From Trypanosoma brucei (taxonomy: Eukaryota), in the NCBI GenBank assembly GCA_000002445.1, contig CP000071.1, forward strand, positions 2,417,191-2,481,190: DNA of 64,000 bases, written 5' to 3'. The position numbers and the translations under genes are program-made. Within the stretch, counting starts at the first letter, position 1, and the number at the start of each line of letters is the position of its first letter. Below, piece by piece: positions 56,037 to 64,000 of this stretch. The notes under the pieces were generated by a model, which had not been told where the DNA came from, did no database searches, and saw only the letters and a program-made list of their open reading frames with translations.

Positions 56037-58343
56037 ATGCAGAAAAGTATACAAGATGAAGTGCGGTTTAGTTCTTCACCCCGGGTCTTAAGGTCAGCTA
56101 GTCGTGACACCCATAAGGAAATGGAGGAACTTCCTAATGCATCGTCACCTCTTCTTATGCGGCGTGTGGCATCGTTAGACGCACTTCCACCTCGACCTTC
56201 CTCGCGTCATCCCCGCAGTGAAGGCGATAGCGTTCCATCAGTGCTGAATCCCAACCGACAGCTGGAGGATTTATCGCGTGATACGCAGCTACTCAATGCA
56301 TATGGTGGTTCAGACAGCATGCCCGGTATTAATAAGATACCCGTGAAGTCATTTCAACAACATCTGCAGGGAAGGCAATTCCACTTCGCAAAGCATCGGC
56401 TTCCTCAACTCAGTAATGTTCAATCAGCTCGGAGTGTTTCGACACCTGCGCGAAAGGGACGACAGTCACCGCGGTGTCGTTACAATGCACTTCCAGCTTT
56501 ATCTTCAAGCCCACCTCGCACACGTCGTGGCGCTTCGTTTGCACGCCCATATCCCAACAAACCGGGGACGCCGCAGTCCTCTCGTGCTCCCCCCAGACGA
56601 GCCTCAGCACGGCCCATTGCATCTCCTTCTTCTCCATTGGCTGCACCGCTACATCGCGCAGATTCCGTCATCCCTGCAGCAGTTGCTGAAGATTCCTCAG
56701 CAGACGGTAAACAATCTGCGGTGGCGCGAACACGTGGCGGTCGCATACGCGTTGTTGTGCGTAAGCGGCCGTTGCCTCCGGATGAAGAGGGCTGTGATTG
56801 TGTTTCTATGGACCCACCTAATGTGAAGGTTGCGGTGCGGAAGCAGCGTGTGGACCTTACGGAGTATGCGGATGTGAATGACTTTACCTTTGATGACGCT
56901 TTCGGTGAGGATAAACACAATGAACATGTGTTCGATTCGTGTTGTAAGGAACTTCTAGAGACAACGTTGCAAGGTGGTAGTGCCTCATGTTTCGCATACG
57001 GCCAAACAGGAAGTGGCAAAACGCATACAATGCTTGGTAACAGCGGAGAGCGTGGCCTTTATATATTAGCCGCCGCCGCTATTTTTAGTTCGTTAGAGAA
57101 GGATCAGGAGGTGTATGCCTCGCTCTATGAAATTTACTGTAATTCGCTGTTTGACTTGCTCAACAATCGTTCACCCGTCGTAGTGCGTGAGGATCATAAC
57201 CGCCGTATGCATATAACAGGCCTTACGTGGCATGCCGTTACGTCGGCTGAGGAACTTCAGCTACTGATCAACAGTGGAGCTGACCGGCGGAGCACCGGAA
57301 GCACAACTGCTAATGAGCGTTCCAGCCGTTCCCACGCAGTGCTCACCATTCAGGTTAGGGATCGCGAGGACAACAGGTTCTGTGGCACGCTTAACCTTGT
57401 GGATCTAGCAGGTAGCGAACGCGCGGCCGATACCGCCACTAATGATCGTCAGACACGGCAGGAAGGTGCGGAAATTAATAAATCGTTACTCGCCCTCAAG
57501 GAGTGCATCCGTGCGTTAGACGAAAAGAAGAAGCATGTTCCCTTCCGTGGGTCGAAGTTGACGGAGATTCTACGGGACAGCTTCATTGGAAATAGTCGTA
57601 CAGTTATGATTGCCAACATATCGGCATCGTCACAAAACTACGAGCACACCCTCAACACACTGCGATATGCCTTTCGCGTGAAGGGTTTAAGTGTTGTCAA
57701 TTTTGAACCGAGTCGTGCCCGCAATGCACCGCGGCCGCTGAAACCGGTTGTTTCTGACATGAATCCCACGCAAGGAGTTCCTCAGGTAAATGCCGGCCCT
57801 TTGAAAACAACACCGGGGCGGTGGCGTTCGGTCTCATCTAATGCCTTTTTAGCTAACAGGCGTAACGTCTCCTCGGGAAACGCACTTGTACAACAGCGTA
57901 ACCATGTTACCAGCAGTCCTTTGCGTAGTAATAACACTCAGGGAGCAAATATTGCTTCGGGAGCTGGCGAGAATAATTTCGCTGTTTATGTTCGTCAAAT
58001 AGCCGGAGAAGTGGTGGGGAATATTATTCCACAGTTAAGGGCGGATGGGGGTCGTGATTCCTCGCTTCCATCAAACAGTGATTACCTGCAAGAGGAGGGC
58101 TCCGGTGTTTCTTTTAACGATGAATTGATAAGGCAGTTAGAAGATCGTGTTGTTGCAAGGATGAAATTGGATGTGATAAGGTTGGTTAGGGATACAATGC
58201 TGAGGAGGGAGCGTGCTATTTCAAAGTTGCGTAGTGAAAACACGATGTTGAGCAAACTTAATGGGGCGTTAGAAAGGCGTGCCGCGGAGTGTGCGCACTG
58301 TAGAGGGCAGAACACACGTCAAATACAACAGCAACAAAACTAG
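56037..58343 (+). CDS. Kinesin-13 family motor protein (768 aa), of the MCAK-like microtubule-depolymerising class.
   Basis: ATG at 56037. It has a central motor domain with a P-loop (FAYGQTGSGKTHTM), switch I (SSRSHAVLTIQV) and switch II (LVDLAGSER). It also has the kinesin-13 diagnostic KLTEILRDSF motif, a KVD-like neck region (IRVVVRKRPL) preceding the motor, and a C-terminal coiled coil. Confidence 0.85.
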   Translation: MQKSIQDEVRFSSSPRVLRSASRDTHKEMEELPNASSPLLMRRVASLDALPPRPSSRHPRSEGDSVPSVLNPNRQLEDLSRDTQLLNAYGGSDSMPGINKIPVKSFQQHLQGRQFHFAKHRLPQLSNVQSARSVSTPARKGRQSPRCRYNALPALSSSPPRTRRGASFARPYPNKPGTPQSSRAPPRRASARPIASPSSPLAAPLHRADSVIPAAVAEDSSADGKQSAVARTRGGRIRVVVRKRPLPPDEEGCDCVSMDPPNVKVAVRKQRVDLTEYADVNDFTFDDAFGEDKHNEHVFDSCCKELLETTLQGGSASCFAYGQTGSGKTHTMLGNSGERGLYILAAAAIFSSLEKDQEVYASLYEIYCNSLFDLLNNRSPVVVREDHNRRMHITGLTWHAVTSAEELQLLINSGADRRSTGSTTANERSSRSHAVLTIQVRDREDNRFCGTLNLVDLAGSERAADTATNDRQTRQEGAEINKSLLALKECIRALDEKKKHVPFRGSKLTEILRDSFIGNSRTVMIANISASSQNYEHTLNTLRYAFRVKGLSVVNFEPSRARNAPRPLKPVVSDMNPTQGVPQVNAGPLKTTPGRWRSVSSNAFLANRRNVSSGNALVQQRNHVTSSPLRSNNTQGANIASGAGENNFAVYVRQIAGEVVGNIIPQLRADGGRDSSLPSNSDYLQEEGSGVSFNDELIRQLEDRVVARMKLDVIRLVRDTMLRRERAISKLRSENTMLSKLNGALERRAAECAHCRGQNTRQIQQQQN

Positions 58344-61300
58344 ACACAATGCAACATCAACCGAACAGGGCACTGCGCAGCGAAGGTCAAGTGGAGACCG
58401 GTAGCTAGCAGTTTTACGTGTCAGTAACTAAAAAATATATTTATCACCGTCATTCCTTAGCTTGAAGGGGGAAAGTATGACGTTTTCATCCCCCATTTTC
58501 TGCTGTTTTTCGAGGTAAGTGCACTTCCCCTCTCTGATTTTCTTTTTCTTTTTCTTCTTTGATGTAACATTTTCTCCAACATCTTCCCACCATCCTAACA
58601 ATAATTCCAATGTCGGGATGTGTGTACGTATACTTGTATGTGTGGGGGAATGAGGAGAATGACGGGAGCGTGCGATGCGTATCATTGCACCAATTTTTTT
58701 TTTTTTTTTTGCAGTGAGGCGTGTCATGAATGGAAGTTTAAAGAGGAAAGAGGGAGTAATCCGATGGAACGTAATCAACAGTATAGATGCTGGTGGTTGT
58801 GGTTGTGGCAGTGGGTGAATTATATTCTTTTTGCATAGAACCCATTGGGCCGCTGATATATCGACTGTACAAGAGGGATATGCAAGAGGTATTTAGAGGA
58901 GGGATAGAGGGAAAGGACGAGTTGAAAAAAGAAAAAAAGAAAAATAAGGGGGAAAAATAAATAGTGAGACCAAACATTGTTTTGTTTTGTTTTTTTTACA
59001 GTTGATATTGTGGACGCAAACATATTTGCATGTGTATGGGGGTTTGTAAACCACTGCGTCAAGTTTAACGACATTTCGGGACGTTAAGGAGGAGCGATGC
59101 ATGTGTAAAAGGGAAGGAAAGAGCTGTGAAAGTGTTTTTGTTCATTTGTTTTCAAGACATTTACCACATTTTAGGGGGTGATGTCGTAGCGTATTATAAA
59201 ATGTAAATAAATAATAAAAAAAGGAAAAGGAAAAGGAAAATGGGAATGAAGGGACTGTGATGGAAAGATTATTCCTGCAGCAGAAGCTACTGGTGTCTGA
59301 TTTTAGGTGGGTACGTCCACGTGGTTTTTATTTTAACTATAGTGACGCTACCTCTCTTTCCGCTTAAGTTTTTATCTTTGCTTTTCTTTTGTACATGGCG
59401 CTGACGCTGACGCTGACAGTGACGCAAGTATGTTTTCTTTTCTTTTCTTTTTTTTCATTTCATGTTCCCACCTTGCATTATACGGAAGTGAACATGTGTC
59501 GTTACTTTTCTTTCGTATGTTCGTGCGTGCAGCCTTGTAAATACTATTCTGTTAACGCACAACACTTCCCAAACCTGAAGGAGGCGCAGCACAACAACAT
59601 AAGTCTTGTCGAGGAGTATCAACAGCTTTTATTATCACGATTGATTATAAGTTATCAACTTTTCTCGCGTATTTCTGCTCATTTATAATAATAATAATTA
59701 TTATTAACATCTCCTCACGCTCTGTCACCTCGTGTGTTTCTTTTCTCTCTTTTTTTTTCCCCTTCTTTCGAATGTTCGTTATTCTTTGGCGCACGGTTTA
59801 CCCTTCACCACCGCGGAGGTTTGTTTGGTTGTTTTTTGATCACTTTTGTTAATGCATTTGGGTGAAGGGATGTCAGTATCATTTTTGCTGCGGCTTAATT
59901 TTTTCTTGCCCCTCTCTTTTTCCCCTCAAAAAAAAAAAAAAAATAACATTAATTCTCCAACGCCGCTTCTAAAGGTGTTATCACAGTCATTTCATGTGCT
60001 TGCAACCGACCTTTTAATTGGGGGTGCGTGTTGCAGTTCCTTCTTGGGATTGCACGGCTTTATGAGGCCGAAAAGTATACTTATCCTCATTTCATTTGCA
60101 CTTAACACATGCCGCTGCTTTGCATGCATTCGTTCTTCGAAACGGTTTGTTGTGTCAGGAGTTTTTTTTTGTTTTTTTTCTTCTTCTCGTGCTTCTAATT
60201 TTCTCCTCTTTTATAATGTTACTGTACATTGAAACAATCACACGCAATCAATCCCGTCCTTTTTTTTTTCTTTCCATACCTTCCACTGCGGCTTGAGATG
60301 CTTTCATTAATTGGCGATGTTTTACCATGTATATTTTATTGCCATCTTCACTGTTTTAGCACACACTTTACTTCTCACTATCTCCTTTTTTTTTTTGTCG
60401 CTCCTCGCTTTAGTTGGAAATGGTACAAACCCCTTAAGATGTGAAATACAACTAAAAAAAATCTTTTTTTCTTTAGTGATTCATTGAATTTCTTTAGCCT
60501 AACAGGCATGCGGCTGCGCATCGCACCTTTTACCACCGCCTCCCCCACACTTATTGTTTACAGCAGTACTTCCGCCACGAAACACGCGATGTTTATTTAA
60601 TGTCTTCATTTCGACACAACATATAACTTCACATGGAAAATGGGTTAATGTTTCACTGGCTCATAATGAGGTAGCAAAGTTATGGATTATTGTACTAACA
60701 GTAAAGTTAATAAATGAAGATCCAAAAGACGACAGAAGAGGCTTGCATTTCTGTTAGGGAAATGCATGAAAATGTTCGGTTTCTTTTATTCCCTGAAGAA
60801 CAACAACTGGCGCTGCGGGCTTTACTAAAATCCAGCGAAGGATGATGTTTGATGCCGGTCGGTAAGAACATTAATGAAGGAAAGAGAAGGTGGCTTTATT
60901 ATGCGTGTACGCTCGTTAATTTTCTCTTTTTTATTTTTTATTTATCGGAGCGGGAGGTTACTTCGGGAATTTTGGCCTCTTTTTTTTTCCCCGTAATTGC
61001 AGCGGCACGAATTGATGAGCTCTCGACCACATATATGCTCTTTAAAGTGAGTGAAGCTGAGGGAAGGGGAGGGGGAGGGAGTGAGTCAAAAAAAAAAAAA
61101 AAGGAAAATTCACACCATTGTGCGAAAAGTGTGATGTTGAGAGCGGAGGGTAATGATAAGTTGTTGAGAGTTTAATTAAGGCCCCTTGTTGTCAACCCTA
61201 CACAAAATTACAAACCTCCTCTATTCCCGTAATTTTTATTTATTTACGGTATCTGTATAAAATGTACTCATTTTTATGTGCGCAATGCCGTATGTCCCAC

Positions 61301-62489
61301 AGTTACCCTTGTTTATTTTTATTTTTATATTTATCCATTTATTTTGCGTTGTTTCCCCGTTTCCTTCTTGCTGGAGGGAAGGCTCTGTCCTGTTGCTAAC
61401 AATGGCGCCGAGTAGTGCCTCTTCATGAGAACAACACAACTACCAGCAGAGGAGGGAGAATAATAATAACAAATTAATTCGCATCACTCTCTACATATAC
61501 CGCCGGTAGCAGCACTGCGGCACTTGGAGATTTGGAAGGTGACACAAATGAATAATGCCGGGTGTTAGATAAAACAACTTCCCATGTATGTAATGTGACG
61601 GAAAAGAGGCACAACATGTTGTTAATAGGATTTTGACGTTTGGAAAACGACCCACTTCCTTTTACTTGTAAAATGATGTTCTGCTTCCACTTAAATCTTT
61701 TCGTTCCGCCACCGTTACACGGTGTATACTAGCGGTGCATTATTCACTAATTACTATGAGTTCACCAACGTTGCCGCGCAAACACATTTTTATCGTTGTA
61801 GGTTTTTTTTTTGTGGGTGGGAGGCTGCAAGGTTTTCTTTTCGGGTTATGCGCGTAATTCCGGGATACCTTCAATTTTTGCCTACGCAACATCCGTTAGT
61901 GAAGTGACTGCCCCTGTCAACCTTCAGTTGCAGGTCAAAAGGCGTGACTCCGCGTAATTTACCCTCCGTTTCTTTAGCTGTGACGACAATGAAGGACACC
62001 ACTCGGTTGAAATGGAAGCATGTGTTTGTGTGAGTGCCTTTCATTTCTTCGTAACTCATGCGGCAGCGTCGACTTTTTTAAGGGCACGCAAAAAAGTATA
62101 TGGGGTTGCTCGAAAATATGAACGACATAGCGGACGGTTTCCATTATTTCCCTCTTTACAACCACTGAATCCAATAGACCAGGCCGCAACCTACTCTACA
62201 CACTGCATTAACAAAGCAGGCGTCGTTATGATTATTCAGCATGTGGGGATACGAATTGCACTGAAAGGGAGGATGGGGAGGGAGGAAGGAGACATGAACA
62301 TCATGTGACATCTTCATTTTGGGATGTTAGTTATTTATTCCTGACTGGGAGAATGCGCGAAATAACGTTGTGTGTGGTGTGGTGTGGTGGCCCACTAACT
62401 CACTAACTCACTCACTCTTCCTCCCACTTCTTATGTCTCTCGAAACTTTCTCCAAGACAATATATTTCCTCGACTAAGGTAAAATAAGC

Positions 62490-64000
62490 ATGGCTTCCGT
62501 CGGTCAGTCGACCGGATTCGGCGGATTCGCTGGCGTCATCACCGGCAGGCATATCACCACATATTCCACTGGGGGCACCATGAGGCGCCGACCACCCGCC
62601 ATCACTTTTTTTTTAATACCGCTACTGTTGGTGTTGCCACACATCGTGAGACCACTCGCTGCAAAGAAAAGCATAAAAGTAAAGGTTTATAATTTGCTTT
62701 TCACTAACCGAGCGCCGCGCCGGTCAATTGAGACTATGGGGGCCGGCCTGAACGCATCGTTTGCTGCTCGTCACTGGGCCACTGCGGAGAACGTCACCGT
62801 GGAGATCATTCCGCCACCTTCCCGTTCGGTTTCCACATTGAAGTTACTGGAAGCCGCCGCCGATCAGAATAAAGGTGAATTTTTCGTTGTAGTTGGGCCA
62901 ATGGGCGATACTCGAACGTTGGCAGTGCTTCCACTGCTGCGGCGGGAGGACTTGGTTGCATTTGCGCCTCTTACCGGATCGAGTGCTGTTCGCGGGTGGG
63001 ACCCTCACTTCTATTTTTTAACCCCCGCGCCCAACGCTGAGCTCATCGCCCTCCTCCGGTACGCGATAAACCGCCTTCGTTTGCTTCGGGTTGGATTTAT
63101 GTACCTTCAGGGTGTGCACTTCGGTGACAGGGAATATCAAGAGACCCTGAAGCTCATGACCCGTATGGGCAGAAGGTTGTGCGGGGTTTTTACCAAGATG
63201 CATGCAGCCACCGTAATGAGAGCCGATGAAGAGTTTGATTCGCTCTGGGAGGAATTTGTGATGACGCATCCGCAGGGGGTCATCGTGTTCACTCCCCCGA
63301 TCCGTGAGGCGTTGAAGTTTGTAAGGAGGGTTGCGATGGATGCCCGCACGCGTGGTGTGTACGTGTTGGCTCCTTCGGCGATGCAATTCGTTATCGGTGC
63401 AACCTGGCGCACTGCAGTGGAAGAAGCTGCGGTCCCATATATTCCCGATAGGGTTATTGTGGCTGCGCCGAACCCGCTTGCAAGCGAAACGAAATACCAC
63501 GCGGTACGGCGCTTCCAGGAGGATGCGAGGTCATACCTGCGTTATCATCCTGGCGTAACCGCGTTCAATGCTTCGGACGATTTTGATCACGATGATGCGG
63601 ATGGAGCGCTTATGGTTTCTGGATGGGTTATAGGGGAGGTGCTATCGCAAGCGCTGAGTAGCCGTACGTGGTTGGAAAGTAGGGAGGCGTTCATTAAGTC
63701 ATTGTACAACCAGCGTCGGTACGTTGTCGATGATCTCGTGTTTGGTAACTTCGGTGGTGAGTGCCATGGTATGGCGGGAGAGCGGGGTGCGTCGTGTTTA
63801 TGTAACCAAGGTGGAAATGTTGTTTACATGAATTCTTTAGGTGATGACCATCGGATGATTCCACTAAGGGACGGCATAACAGTATTCAACATTGACCAAT
63901 GTTCAACCAGTGGCGTGAAGATGCCCACCCCCCTCATTGTCGTAGTTGTACTTGTGGTAGATGATTCCGCCGCCGTAAGTGCATTTTTTTCATTGGTTAT
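62490..64000 (+). CDS. 3'-truncated ORF (more than 503 codons) not listed in the ORF track. It has a predicted signal peptide or N-terminal membrane anchor. One possibility is a receptor-type adenylate cyclase (GRESAG4-like) extracellular domain, or another large ectodomain protein.
   Basis: An ATG at 62490 follows an in-frame TAA at 62475-62477. There are no stops through the end of the window (by manual translation). The hydrophobic segment MRRRPPAITFFLIPLLLVLPHIVRPLAA comes 30 aa in, and an alternative start is at 62580. The mixed alpha/beta-looking ectodomain (IKVKVYNLLFTN..., VVVGPMGDTRTL...) is compatible with a periplasmic-binding-protein-like fold. That fold interpretation rests on recollection of trypanosome cyclase N-termini, not on a search. 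Confidence 0.45.
   Translation, partial: MASVGQSTGFGGFAGVITGRHITTYSTGGTMRRRPPAITFFLIPLLLVLPHIVRPLAAKKSIKVKVYNLLFTNRAPRRSIETMGAGLNASFAARHWATAENVTVEIIPPPSRSVSTLKLLEAAADQNKGEFFVVVGPMGDTRTLAVLPLLRREDLVAFAPLTGSSAVRGWDPHFYFLTPAPNAELIALLRYAINRLRLLRVGFMYLQGVHFGDREYQETLKLMTRMGRRLCGVFTKMHAATVMRADEEFDSLWEEFVMTHPQGVIVFTPPIREALKFVRRVAMDARTRGVYVLAPSAMQFVIGATWRTAVEEAAVPYIPDRVIVAAPNPLASETKYHAVRRFQEDARSYLRYHPGVTAFNASDDFDHDDADGALMVSGWVIGEVLSQALSSRTWLESREAFIKSLYNQRRYVVDDLVFGNFGGECHGMAGERGASCLCNQGGNVVYMNSLGDDHRMIPLRDGITVFNIDQCSTSGVKMPTPLIVVVVLVVDDSAAVSAFFSLV

Noticed and set aside
56416-57019. Overlapping + and - strand ORFs (136, 71, 179 and 76 aa) inside the N-terminal region of the kinesin-13 gene.
   Set aside because: They are alternative frames of a GC-rich, Ser/Arg/Pro-rich coding region. 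The kinesin frame alone continues into the diagnostic motor motifs.
63018-63500. A 160-aa minus-strand ORF near the window end.
   Set aside because: It is antisense to the long + strand open frame that starts at 62490 and runs off the window, and that frame is the better candidate. The antisense ORF has a His/Arg/Cys-rich odd composition.
1-64000. Searched for CRISPR arrays, prokaryotic operon signals, rho-independent terminators and rRNA genes.
   Set aside because: None is present. Sequence organisation, including pyrimidine tracts, microsatellites and long single-strand ORF clusters without Shine-Dalgarno spacing, is kinetoplastid and not prokaryotic.

Overview
This 64 kb window looks like trypanosomatid nuclear DNA, most like Trypanosoma brucei. 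All convincing genes lie on the + strand with no strand switch and no spliceosomal-intron signal. Genes are long ORFs separated by pyrimidine-rich, microsatellite-rich intergenic regions, which fits a single polycistronic transcription unit. I found about 20 protein-coding genes, no rRNA or tRNA, and nothing prokaryotic (no CRISPR arrays or operon-style regulatory elements).

The ORF track uses non-ATG starts (TTG, GTG) translated as M, so I moved several starts to the first ATG.

Main content, in order:
- Three hypothetical genes: a 5'-truncated one at <1-1692, then 2340-5144 and 5773-7761.
- A coiled-coil protein (9082-11652) and a small ORF (12435-12833).
- A tandem array of five amino-acid-transporter (AAT, Aa_trans family) genes (13.6-28.6 kb), interrupted by a 4.3 kb block that carries a degenerate retrotransposon remnant (RNase H motifs with in-frame stops).
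- Two hypothetical proteins (29559-32381, 34496-35284).
- Two more divergent AAT paralogs (36155-37570, 39427-40842).
- A DnaJ (J-domain) protein and a hypothetical protein.
- A calpain-like pseudoprotease.
- A CRAL-TRIO/SEC14-like protein.
- A kinesin-13.
- A 3'-truncated ORF at the window edge (62490 to >64000) that the ORF track does not list; it may be a secreted or receptor-type ectodomain protein.

The most interesting biology is the AAT locus. Copies are mosaics of two subtypes, which points to gene conversion. A 141-nt identical tract links the two divergent downstream AATs. The first B-type copy is the most diverged and sits just before the retroelement-bearing block.
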